From Lama guanicoe (taxonomy: Eukaryota): DNA of 64,000 nucleotides. The notes under the pieces are model-generated. The model searched no databases. It was given only the letters and a program-made list of their open reading frames with translations, and had not been told where the DNA came from. This document shows, piece by piece, positions 53,041 through 64,000 of the stretch; position 1 is the stretch's first letter, and every line of letters begins with the position of its first letter. The stretch covers positions 15,764,941 to 15,828,940 of the forward strand of contig MU054187.1 of the NCBI GenBank assembly GCA_013239625.1, in the 5' to 3' direction. A program made the translations under genes and the position numbers.

Positions 53041-53089
53041 CATTAAAAAGTATAGGGAGAAAAAAATTTAAAAATTAGAAAAGGAAGTG

Positions 53090-53325
53090 TTCAAGTCTAG
53101 CTTACCCGACTTGTGGCAGGGATCAAAGCTGGCAAAGTGGATCTGCTCTTCCTACCCACGTTGGTGTGACTTTTTTCAGCTTTGTGCTGGTCTTGGGTGC
53201 CACAATTTCTTAACTGGATTCTGGATTTCTCATAAGGTTATTTTGGTGCAAATACTGTTGTTATTTCAATGTTTGGAAGGACAAGGACGCAGACTTTCTA
53301 CTCTGCCATCTTGCTAATGTCACAG
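53090..53325 (-). mobile_element. Probable L1M 5'-terminal (5' UTR) fragment
   Basis: Ends 'ttctactctgccatcttgctaatgtcac', the antisense form of the CAAGATGGC YY1-containing L1 5' end. Confidence 0.6.
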
Positions 53326-53669
53326 CCCTTATCCGACCCCTTACTGCACAGCTAGTTTATATTTTCCTAAAAATGAATGATTCAAAGATATGTAAAATAT
53401 TTAATACTAATCTATTTCAACCAATACTAATCAGCTCTCTATATAACACAGCTTGGTATGTAGTACTAGAAAACATGGTATTTGACCTAAAACAAGTGTG
53501 CTAAGGAAGAACAGGTCACATATTTACTGACTGCTGCCATGTTACAGACACTTTTCAAGATCATTTGCTTATGTCCTTTTATGTAACCCTAGGAACATAC
53601 CTGAAAAATGTGCTGATGTTTTGTGTTTTATAAATGAGAAACATTTTAAGATCCACTTATATCTTTTTC

Positions 53670-54384
53670 ATTTCTCTACCCCATCTCCCTAGTTCTAGAT
53701 AAGATCAGTTCTTATTTGAGATATTGAAGATCTCTTCTCACTGTTAAATTTGTGTCTTAAATCTGCTTTAATCTCCTGCTAATCATTTTTCCACAATTAG
53801 GATGTTATACTGAAATGGCAAATCTGATCAGACTACTTGCTTCCTCTGCTTAACCCTCTTCCACTGTTTCTCATTGCTATTAGGATAAAGACCAAAATAC
53901 TCAGCAGGCCCACACAATCCTGCACGTCCTGACCTGGTTCTCTAGATTTCACACCTATTGTCTTCCTCTTTACTCTCTGCTACTTTCAGCTTTTATAACA
54001 ACTACTAGGCACCTTCCTTCACAGGGCAGTAAGACAACAGAACATTTTTTTGCATTTAAGGGTAATGCATACTCATTCTTCATATTTTAACCCTCTTGGC
54101 ATGACTCTGGAGAACTGTTCCCTGACCACGTGGAGTAGATTTTCTCTATTTATACACTTTCACTTATAGACTTCTGTTTCATGGAACTTGTGAGAGCTGT
54201 AATTTTACATTAATTTCAGGGATTATTTGACTCATGTGTTCCTCCCTTGGGAAACTTAAGCCCAAGGTCAGTAGAGATCAAGTCCCCTGTGCCCTCCCTG
54301 CCATCCCTCTCGCCTGTCACAATACCTGCTATTACGTAAGTACTCACCACACCTTCGTTGAGTGGGCAAATGAAGAAATGATTG
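53670..54384 (+). mobile_element. L2 3' segment
   Basis: 'caaatctgatca...ttaggataaagaccaaaatactcagcaggccc', ending 'gttgagtgggcaaatgaagaaatga'. Confidence 0.75.
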
Positions 54385-55947
54385 CGTTTTCAGCTTTATG
54401 GGGGTATATCTGACAAATAAGATTGTATGTTTGTAAAGTGTACAGCATGATGATTTGGCATATGTATCCTTTGTAAAGTGATTACCACAATTAAGTTAAT
54501 TAACACATCCATCACCTCACATAATTATCTTTACTTCTTATTATGGTGAGAACAATTAAAGTCTACTCTGTTAGCTAATTTCAAGTGCACATCACTGTAT
54601 CATGAACTACAGACACCATGCTGTACATCAAGGCCCCCAAACTTATTCAGCTTAAGGCTGACGGTTTGTACCCTTTAACCCGCATCTCCCCATGTCCCCA
54701 TTCTCTAGTCTCTGGTAACCACCATTTTACTACCTGTTTCTAAGAGTTGTACTTTTTTTTTTTAGATTTCATATAGAAGCGAGATCAAGCAGTATTTGTC
54801 TTTTTCTGTATGCTCTGTCTAATTTCACTGAGAATAATACCCTCTAGATTCATTCATATTGTTGCCAATGGCACAATATTCTTTTGTGCTTATGGCTGAA
54901 TTATATATACATATGTGTGTGTGTATATATACATACGTATATACATATATAATCTTCTTTATTCATTCATCCATTAACAGACACACACAGGCTGTTTCCA
55001 CATCTTGGCTCTTGTGAATAATGATATAATGGACTCAAAAGTGCAGATGTATTTTCAAAATACTGATTTTGTTGATTTTGTTTCCTTGGGATATATATCC
55101 AGAAGAGGGATTGCTGGATCATATGTTAGTTCTATTTTTAAATTTTTGAAGAATCTCCATATTGTTTTCCATAATGACCATACCAATTTATAATTTAACC
55201 AAATGCATCAGTGTTCCTTTTCCTCCACATCCTCTATAGCACTTGTTAGCTATTGTCTTTTTGATAAAAGCCATCTTAACAGATGTGAGGAGCTATCTCC
55301 TACATCACTGAGGTTGTGATTTGGATTTTCCTGAAGGTCAGTGATGGTGAGCACCTTTTCATGGATAGTCATTTGTATGTCTCCTATGGAAAAACGTCTT
55401 CAGTTCTTTTGCCCATTTTCCATTTATTTTATTTTATTTTTTGGTCAGGAAGTCGTATGAGTTCCTTGTACATTTAGGATATTAAACCCGTATCAGAAAT
55501 AAGGTTTACAGATGTTTTCTCCCAATCTGTGTGTTGTCTTCTTCTTTTGTTAATTATTATGGTTATTTTTTTGTTGGCAGAGCTTTTTAATTTGATGTAG
55601 TCCCAGTTTTTTATTTTTGCTTTTGTTGCTTGTGGTTTTGATGCCGTAATCCAAAAACCATTGCCAAGGACAATGTCAAGGAGTTTACTTTTTTACTTTT
55701 TCTGTAGGAGTTTTAGGGTTTCAGGTCTAGGTTTAAGTCCTTAATCCATTTTGAGTTGATTGTTGTGTATGGTTTAGTATCGGGGCCCACTTTCATTATT
55801 TTGCAGGAAACCATCCAGTTTCCCCAGCACCATTTGTTGAGGAAACTATACTTTCCTCATTGAGTATCCTTGGTTCCCTTGTCAAATATTAGCTATTTAT
55901 TTATTTGTGGGCTGTCAATTCTATTCCATTGGTCTACATGTTCATTT
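54385..55947 (-). mobile_element. LINE-1 3' portion (3' UTR and end of ORF2), left of the EML3 retrocopy
   Basis: Typical antisense L1 text: 'ttccacatcttggctcttgtgaataatg', 'gggattgctggatcatatgttagttctatttttaa', 'tccagtttccccagcaccatttgttga'. Confidence 0.92.
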
Positions 55948-56731
55948 GATTTATTAATCAAGAGACTTTGCTGTTGGTTTGTTGCCCCCCAGCAGGCTGC
56001 AGGAGTCAGGGCCCAGGCTGCGGCCGCCTGGCTCAGCCAGCGGGTCTGTACAGTGTGTGCAGGGGTGCCTTTCGCCCCCTCCAGGGAAATGCGCTTTCAG
56101 AGACACCTCAAAGTGGAGGACAGGGTCGCCCTGGTCCTGGGGGATTCGGGTGGGGCGGGGCCAAGCTGCAAGGCTGGGGGGTCCCGCCGGGCAGCCGTCA
56201 GGCATCCAGAGAGGAGTCGAACAGGGATGGGGTTCAAGGGGGTGTGGTGGACGCTGGCCTCGAAACCCCAGAGCCCAGCCCTCGTCACTGAAAGATGCTG
56301 CCGTCCTTGCTGCCCAGCGAGACGAGGTGCCAGTCGTGTGTGAACCGGACGCTGGTCGGTGGCTGCCGTGACCACCGTACCCGAGGCTCCGCGCCCGGCG
56401 CGCGCTCCGGTGCTGGAAGAGGTGCGCTTTGCGGGAGTCGTCGGCCACGGGCACGGCCACCACGCGCCCGCCGTGGCAGCGGCGCGGGGAGCTGACGTGG
56501 GCTCCATCCACGCCGCAGACGTGGAGAGCCGGCACACAGGCGTTTGTGGCCTCGGCTCTCAGTGATGCTCCAGCAGCTTGCAGCCTCCAGCCACGTCTCA
56601 GTGAAGGACCTCACAGTCCCCAGAATCGGACATGATGAAGTTCCCGTCCTCAGAGCAGTCAAGGAGCTTGATGAAGCTGGAGTGACCCACACAGAGACCA
56701 GAGCGGCTGGGCTTGGCACCATCTCTGGAAC
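55948..56731 (-). pseudogene. EML3: Processed, 5'-truncated retro-pseudogene of EML3 (echinoderm microtubule-associated protein-like 3): last WD40 repeats, C-terminal tail and 3' UTR
   Basis: Minus-strand translation across frameshifts gives SRDGAKPSRSGLCVGHSSFIKLLDCSEDGNFIMSDSGDCEVLH*DVAGGCKLL...HVCGV...RVVAVPVADDSRKAHLFQH...YGGHGSH..TSVRFTHDWHLVSLGSKDGSIFQ*RGLGSG...TPP*TPSLFDSSLDA*. This matches the recalled EML3 C-terminus (GHSSFITHLDWSKDGNFIMSNSGDYEILYWDVAGGCK...VADDFCKVHLFQYP...YGGHGSHVTSVRFTHDDSHLVSLGGKDASIFQWRVLG...TPSLSPASSLDV). No introns. Premature TGA at 56598-56600 and 56285-56287, native stop at 56198-56200, AATAAA on the minus strand at 55950-55955. Confidence 0.93.
56280..56560. 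promoter_or_regulatory. CpG-island-like core inside the EML3 retrocopy
   Basis: Very GC- and CpG-dense (e.g. gcgcccggcgcgcgctccgg, cacgcgcccgccgtggcagcggcgcgg) in an otherwise CpG-depleted window. Confidence 0.7.
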
Positions 56732-57460
56732 CTATGTGTTTATTTTTATGTAAGTACCTTACTACTTTGATTGCTGTGACATTGTAATGTAATTTGTAGT
56801 CAGGTTATGCGATACCTCCAACTCTGTTCTTTCTCAAGACTTCTTTGACTATTGCAATTCCGTGTACATTTTAACATTACTTTTTTAAATTCTTGTTTAA
56901 GAAAAATCGGATTTTTGATAGGGATTGTATTAATCTGTAGACTGCAGATTCCTTTGCATAGAATAGATACTTTAATAATACCGTTTCTTCCAATCCATGA
57001 TTACAGAATATTTTTCCATTTCCTTGTATTTTTCTAATTTCTTTCATCAATGGCCTATAGTTTTCAGTGCACAGGTCTTTCACTTTCTTGGTTAAATTTA
57101 TTCCTAAGTATTTTATTCTTTCAGATGCAATTGTAAGTGATATTGTTTTCTTAATTTCCTTTTCGGGTAGTTCATTGTTAGTGTATAGAAATGCAAATGA
57201 TTTTTATATTGATTTTGTATCCTGTAATTTACTGAATTCATTTATCCTAACAGTTTTTATGTAGAAGATCATGCCATCTGCAAATAGAGACAACTTTACT
57301 TTCTTTCCAATTTGAATGGCTTTTATTTCTTTTTCTTGAATAATTGCTTTGTCTAGGACTTCTGTAGGTGACTATCTTGAATAGAAATAATCAGAGTAGA
57401 TATCCATGACTTTTTCCTTTTGTCTTAGATGTAGAACTTTCAGATTTTACTGTTGAGTCA
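56732..57460 (-). mobile_element. LINE-1 ORF2 fragment, the same element continuing right of the retrocopy
   Basis: Resumes the L1 consensus where the left part stops ('ctatgtgtttatttttatg..agtacc'). The minus-strand ORF reads [16 protein letters not shown], which is L1 ORF2-like. Confidence 0.9.
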
Positions 57461-57556
57461 AAATTTGAAGCGGACTCTGTTCTAGATCCAGGGGAACAGT
57501 ATTGAAAAAGATAAAGTCGCTTTTTTTGCAAAATATATTATATAATGGGAAGATAT

Positions 57557-57689
57557 TAAACAAGTCATAAAGAAGATAGTTTCAAAGAGTTTTAAATGCA
57601 ATTATAGTAATAAAAGAGTATAAATAAACAAGTCACAAAGAAGATAGTTTCAAAGAGTTTTAAATGCAATTAAAATAATAAAAGAGTAT
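57557..57689. repeat. Tandem duplication, period 68 bp, inside an L2-like remnant (about 57465-57800)
   Basis: taaacaagtca(t/c)aaagaagatagtttcaaagagttttaaatgcaatta... starts at 57557 and at 57625. Confidence 0.95.
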
Positions 57690-58511
57690 CATGGTATTGA
57701 TAGAAATTTTGACTTGGGAGTATTATTTTAGATTTTTTAACCTAATCAGATAAGATCTCTTTGAAGGGGTGATATTTAAGCTGAGATTAGATATAAATCA
57801 ATCACCACTTATAAATATAAAAATAAGAGAAAACATTGAAAGTTAGTCATTAAAGCTAACCTGTGACATACACTTTAAATGTGTTAAGTGTTTTAGAATA
57901 GAAAAAAGAAGAAGCGTAGTATAATGAAGCCAGATTTCAGGGGCATGTGAGTCTTGAGAACATGTTGGAATGGAACAGGAAGAAGGCAAAATGTTTCCGA
58001 TGATGGAGTTAAAGCATAGACGTAGGAATGATTATGCCGTGTCTCTGGATATTATATGAAGACATTCCATAACTTAAAAAAAAGAATAGAAGAATTGTCA
58101 CTGTAGACTTGGCAATCCCCATCCCCAGAACTGTTATTTTGTGTGTTTATTTTGCAGAAGGTAAAATTAACAAAGGGATATGAAACTTTTTTTTTCAATT
58201 AAGTAGTCTAATCTTTGCCTGTATATAAGATTATTAGGAAGTGGTGGGAAATATAGATGGATAATAGGGAACTATTATAAGGGTCAGTTTAATGGGTGCC
58301 TTCAAAGCCAGTGAATGAGGCTTTCTTGGGCACTTATTATTATACAGGACTGAAGAGGTGTTATTGTATTCTTTATATTACCACTTAACAGTTAATGGTG
58401 GAAAAGAATGAATGGGTCAGAAAGGCTAGAGGCTAACTCCCAAAATTCGTTATAAAATGTATTAATTATTGCTAAATATGACATTAATGACAAAAATAAT
58501 GACATTACTAA

Positions 58512-58690
58512 CAGTGCAGCAGCATAATGTGGTGTAAAGGGCGTAGGCCTCGCAGGTCAGTAAATCTATGTCTGCCATTAGCCGCTTGTGTGACCGTAAA
58601 TAGGTCACTTTACATCACTTAACTCCAGTTCTTTCATTTTTAGATTAACCTTTTAAGGTTCTTCTGAGTCTAAAAATTGCATGATTTCAT
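58512..58690 (+). mobile_element. MIR-family SINE
   Basis: 'gcagcataatgtggtg...ctgccattagccgcttgtgtgacc...aggtcacttt...cagttctttcat'. Confidence 0.7.
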
Positions 58691-61600
58691 GATGAGTGCC
58701 TTGTAACAAGATTTGGTCATAATCTATGTCAAACCTTGCTCAAAGAAAGAGAATCTGAGAGCAAAAGGATTTGCATTTCCTAATATTCAGAGCTGCATTT
58801 TCTGACTCTTCTTCAATTATCTACACCCTGATGCATGTGCTCATTAGTAATCATTGTGAGCAGCAAGCCAGGTAAGTGGGTGTGCTCTTTCTCCTGGTAA
58901 TTCTGACTTTATTTCCTTTTCCTTACCATTTTTAAAACAATTTAAAACATTTTTGTGTATGCCTCACACAGATTTCAAGACACCATTAATTAACGTGAAA
59001 TATTTACTTGTGATGTACATTAGATAGATCTTTCAGAGTGGTGTGTGCTTCATGAAGGCATGAACTAACCTAGTTACGGATGGATACATCTCATGGATAA
59101 ATCTTTTAAAGGAAGAAAACCCCAATTGTGGAATTGCAAAACTGTGGGTGTCTTGTTGGAAGTTTGCCATTGCCATGTTGTTCATCTTTCCTCTGTTCAC
59201 TGTTCACTAATTTTAAAAAGGAATATTCTTCAAGGAACAAAATTTTCGTGTATGTACATAGCAATAGCCAAGGTGAAAACAAAGTGTTAGTAAATTCAAT
59301 AAGAATCCTAAACCGGTAGATGTTACATATTACATACATGTTTCATTTTTACTTTGTGAAGAGTAGCGAACTTTCAGAAGAAATTTGTGTGTGCCATGTC
59401 ATATTAACATTAAAATGATATTTTTTGTCTGTTAAAAGAATATATAACTGCCTGGAGGTACAATTTTTATCATTATCTCAAGAGATAATGATCAACTACA
59501 ATATTTGTGTATTTAGGATGTAATGTAAATTATCAACACATAGATGTAATTGACACCAAGACAAATACAGGATCAAGCAAAGATGATACTATTTTATTAA
59601 ACTGAATATTCTATGTCTTTTATTATATAAAATATAGAAAACTAAATTTTTTTCAAGCAAGCACCCTTCCTTACCCCAAAATAATTGTCACATTTGAAAC
59701 TGTTTTGATCCCATACATACACACCTATGCGTACTGTGTGTGGAATATGTAGCGTCTACTGAATTCAAGGAAAAGGATTTCAAACTCTCTATGCTCTAGT
59801 TCACATGCACATATCCCCATAAGTTGTAAATAGCTGTTATCACTTGTTAGGATAACTTAATTAAACTTGCTTATTAAAAACCTTTAATTCGTTAGTGATA
59901 AAATCTTGATTAGTACATTTTCCTGCTAGGTGACCTTCTAATTTAATAGAAAATGAATTTTTAAATGGGGAAAAATGCCTGTGGCAGAGATTTTGTGCTA
60001 GTGAATAGAGTTTGCAATACACACAGGGATATATTTGAGCCTAATTAGTAAGGGCGCAAATGAATTTTTATTTCATACACCAGAAGTGTCATTGATGAAC
60101 CACAGTGAGGAATTTGAAATGCATTCAGATTGGCAGTGTGGGACTGAAATCTGTGGGAAAATCACAAGCTAATTCATTGATTGCCCCTTGGAAATTACTG
60201 CTGTTAATTGTTAGGTAATTAACATGGAGCTACAATTATATTGGCCTAAGGGGGTGATTAATGTTTCAACATGTCACATTAGCAGCGGCTGGATTTTCAA
60301 AGCTTTTCTTTTCACATGGTTTAGGAGACAGATGGTATATTGTCTATGGAATTTTTTTTTCTTTTTACCAAAGTTTATGCTGAGAGCAAGTGTGTGAATT
60401 TTCTGTTCTTGAGTTTCCTTTCATAGGTATGGATTTTAACATAAGAATTTGATATCTTTTATGAAATAATGTAGTATTTACTAATACTGTTCCACTCCCT
60501 AAATATATATATTGTTAAATAGGAAATTTATTTTAATTGTATGTATTGGTATAAGATCAAAACTGTCCTAGATTTGAAGAGCTGGCATTTTTCTTTATGA
60601 CAGATCTTAAATTATTTAGTGATGGTAAGAAGAAAAAGAATTGTACAATATGATATTTATAACAATCAATATAATTTAAGCAGAAACCAAATAAACCATG
60701 CTGAACAAATGCATTTAGTAACAGTGATATAGAATACATCAATATCTCTGTCCTTCAATATCTCACTACCTCTGTCACCTTTTCTTCTTAAAAGCTATGT
60801 GTTCTCATACTCCGAACCCTATTTTAGCCCCCTTCATTGTAGCATGGATTTTTCAGAAACATCTTCTGAAGCAACATTGATTCCTAAACATTGTGGCTAA
60901 AAATGAACGGACAGAACAGATCAAATCAATTGCTTATTTAGGGAGGACCCATGCAGAAACCAACACTCCTCATTACAAAGTTAGCTTGAGCTGTTACATT
61001 ATGCATTAAGAATCTTCTATACCAACACTTTTTTATCTCAGTATCATCATGTTAAACCATCACAAAGTTTGGGGTGCAGCTATCTTATGATGCAAATAAC
61101 TATGAAAAAATTATATCCAAACTGTAGTTACTCCTCTAATTGTAAAAATTATTTTTTGATCTTGCAAAATTAATTTTATTTGAAAATTAACCAACCCTTT
61201 ATTGATCCCATGGATGCAGACAGATTTCTAGAGCAATATTTGGTGGGTCATCTGTTTTCATTTGGAACCCATTTTGGCAGAAATGGTTAAACCTTAAAAA
61301 AAGGTTTTCAAAGTATTTTAATTTTTAATGCAAGTCAGTGTGGTACATTACCTTTTGTAAAAAAATATATTCCATACTAAAACCTAAGTGAGTTCCAAAA
61401 AATTCTTTAAGTCTCCAAAGGTGGCTTTAAAAAAAAATTCAATTAAGGCACATTATCTAAAAAGGTAGAATGGATTTCTAGCAGTTCAAAGAACAGCTTC
61501 TTTTATAATTTTTTTTCTGTGAAAATTTGAGATGTCATCTTTCTTGGTAGCCCCATACTGAGGTCTTTGTTGTGACTGCAGGCTCTAGCTTTTATATTGA

Positions 61601-62261
61601 TTTGCACTACTTCAACAAATGACAGAAATCTTTATTATCTACAGCCAAGCCATCTATTAACTTTTAATGTCCATTAAAAAAAAAAAGAGTGTGAAAGAAA
61701 GCCAGTACTTCTAATTTAGCCTTTAAAAACAGAGAATTACTGAAATCTCAATTTTAGACAACCCTGTGTTCAGATCTTTTTGCATTTCTTTTATATTCAA
61801 AATCAATTGCAATTGTTCAATTGCCTTTTTTTTACTGCCAAATTGACATTTCACCTCAGTTCCTCTTTTCTTTGCTTATTACAATTTTACAAAAAAAAAA
61901 AAAAGCTTGCTATGCTGGAAATAGTAGTCTATGCAGTGAGGCTAAACTAGGTGCATACATTTTGATTGGAGAAAAACTTCCATTAAATGTCTCTTAATAA
62001 TGGGTTTAAGGTAAAGTGAGGGATTCTGACTTTGATTAGAAATTGTAAGCAATAAGTTATAATTTGCATTTGAAAGTTACCTAGGAAAAGTGAAGAATTT
62101 ATGTACTTAACTTGGACAGTAGGGGTCACTCTAATTCTTTAAAGATAAAGTGATAGGAAGATTATTAGCCATAGACAAGATTGTTCTTAAAGCACTTCAG
62201 GGGAGCAGAGAAACTCTTTCTAACTAGAAAAATGAATTAGTGTGGGTACAAATTTGATGAA

Positions 62262-62293
62262 CACACTACACACACACACACACACAGACACAC
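62262..62293. repeat. (CA)n microsatellite, imperfect
   Basis: Directly visible. Confidence 0.85.
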
Positions 62294-63229
62294 CTCTACA
62301 CATACAGTTAAATAGATTTAAAAATGAAGACTATGGTTACTCTGCATTAGGGTTTCTTGATATTTTAGGGCTAGTGTGGTTTTAATCCTGAGTTGTGGTT
62401 TGCCATATATCAAAGGCTTCCAGAAACTCCATGACTAACCCACTTCATGAATGTTATTTACACATTGCTACTGGCTCTTTTTGCTTCACCCTGATTGTAG
62501 CAATCTTCATGCTTTTTAAAAAAAATCATTATTCTCATAGGTAAATAGCAGTCAGAAAAAAATGTTTAAATTCATGTTAGACATAAATGAAATTTTGTTA
62601 TGAATGTCAATATTGGTTTGCCATCCTTAGTAATCATTTCAGTCTAAAACGCAGATGAAATGAACCAGTTATTAAGAATGGCATGACACAGTAAAATAGT
62701 CATTTTCAAGTCAATTATTTTATGTTCCCAGCCTTTGAAATCTCAAAATCTGGCAGGAGAGATAGAGATGAAAATAACCATTACAGTGTTGTTAAGTAAG
62801 GGCTGCACTTGAAATGAAAGCGAAGTTCTGGGAAAAAGGAAAGGAAAAACTGAACCTGTTGGTATAAATTAGTGGCAGTTTTCAAGCTGATGGAGAGTAG
62901 GGTATTTCAGGAAGAATGACTTGCAAAGCACTAGGAAGACAGGGCCATGGAAGTTGTCACAAGTGAACAGACCTGGGGGACGGGAGCTCACAGTTCATGA
63001 CTGTGGTGCTGTATTTGGTGGGAGGGGTCATGACAGCGGATGGCAAGGAGGAGCTTATCAAGAAAACTGTAACCCTGATTAGTCACATTTACGTACTTTC
63101 GTGGGAGCTGAGGATTGACGTGAGAGGATGTAGTCCTTAAAAATAAAGAGAGTCATCAAACTATCAGTTTAGTTCTTACCCAAAAATGATGGGAAAAAAA
63201 TCAAGGCTAGACAATTACACCTTGTTCAT

Positions 63230-63570
63230 AAATTGGGCATAAATTTATCAAGTGCCTACTATATGTAAGGCATGGGTTTACATACTAGATTTAGAGGGAT
63301 CCACAACATGTGTGAGAGCTTACATTCTAGGGGAAGGAAGTTGATTACAGAGATGAAATACGATCAAGTCAATGTAAGACAGTGAACGTGCTGTGGTGGG
63401 AAAAACAGTCCTAAGGGAAGTGAGTGACTGGGGCAAGAAAGCCACTTGGCGTAGCTCAGGTAGAGAAGGTCTCCAGAGAAGGGGCCAAGGAATTGTCCGC
63501 TTTGTAAGGAAACAGAAATGAGCTACGTGAGGGTGTGGAGGACTGGCATTTTGGGAGGAGAGAATAGTGA
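63230..63570 (-). mobile_element. L2 3' fragment (further L2-like text at about 62750-63200)
   Basis: 'aaatttatcaagtgcctactatatgtaaggca...gagcttacattctagggg'. Confidence 0.7.
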
Positions 63571-63644
63571 GCCCCAAAACCTGAAGGCACTTTAACACAA
63601 AACATTTTGCAATAATGGTTTCTCCTCATCACGTGGAAGCAAAT

Positions 63645-63875
63645 AACACAGTGGAGCAATTTCGAGTCTAGGATCTGGTGTCCATCTAATCTGAATTCAA
63701 ATTCTGATCAGTCCGTCAGGGACCTCTGGCAAGTATTCTAATCCTCAATGTTCTCTTTTCAAAAAGTGTAGTAATACCATACATATCACATCATTTCTGT
63801 CAGCAGTTTAAGATATAAAAGGGTTAAAACTTTAAGCAGAGTGGCCGACATACATGTAGGCAATTAATAGAACTT
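63645..63875 (+). mobile_element. MIR
   Basis: 'ctgaattcaaattctg...ggcaagtattctaatcctc...acatgtaggcaattaata'. Confidence 0.65.
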
Positions 63876-64000
63876 TCTCTACCCTATTCTGATTCATCTC
63901 CTCCTCTTGGGTGTAGAACTGTGTGGCTTACCAACCAGGTAGGTTTTTGTTTGTTAATCCTCAAATAGCGTGTCTGTTTATCTTTGCAGTGAATTCCTTT

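Noticed and set aside
56280..56660. ADAR hyper-editing of the source mRNA as the cause of the A>G changes
   Set aside because: T>C changes on the sense strand are about as frequent as A>G. Editing of the mRNA would give only A>G.
55870..56753. Cluster of long overlapping ORFs (up to 193 aa) as a functional gene or retrogene
   Set aside because: EML3 homology is split across frames with in-frame stops and indels. High GC content explains the long ORFs, and the plus-strand ones are antisense shadows.
1..64000. Prokaryotic systems (CRISPR array, operons, defence islands)
   Set aside because: The sequence is mammalian, with SINEs, LINEs, LTRs and CpG depletion. No regularly spaced repeat-spacer array or dense ORF packing was seen.

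Overview
Mammalian non-coding DNA, AT-rich and dense in repeats. It is probably camelid (alpaca/llama/camel), based on a tRNA-derived SINE starting GGAGGGTATAGCTCAG at about 39.9 kb and the style of the L1 3' ends. I recognise no intact protein-coding gene and cannot identify the host locus. Most ORFs in the track are spurious. The window holds the usual L1, L2, MIR, MaLR/ERVL/ERV LTR and hAT fossils, an ERVL pro-pol remnant, a 457-N assembly gap, several repeat-free blocks that may be conserved regulatory elements, and CTCF-like motifs. The standout is a 5'-truncated processed pseudogene of EML3 (minus strand, about 55948-56731) inserted in an L1. It is disabled by stops and indels. It has nevertheless kept a CpG-island-like core, and its differences from EML3 are mostly A>G and T>C. 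This suggests a retrocopy-born hypomethylated CpG island under GC-biased gene conversion. Repeat family calls and the EML3 comparison rely on recalled consensus sequences, not database searches, and repeat boundaries are approximate.
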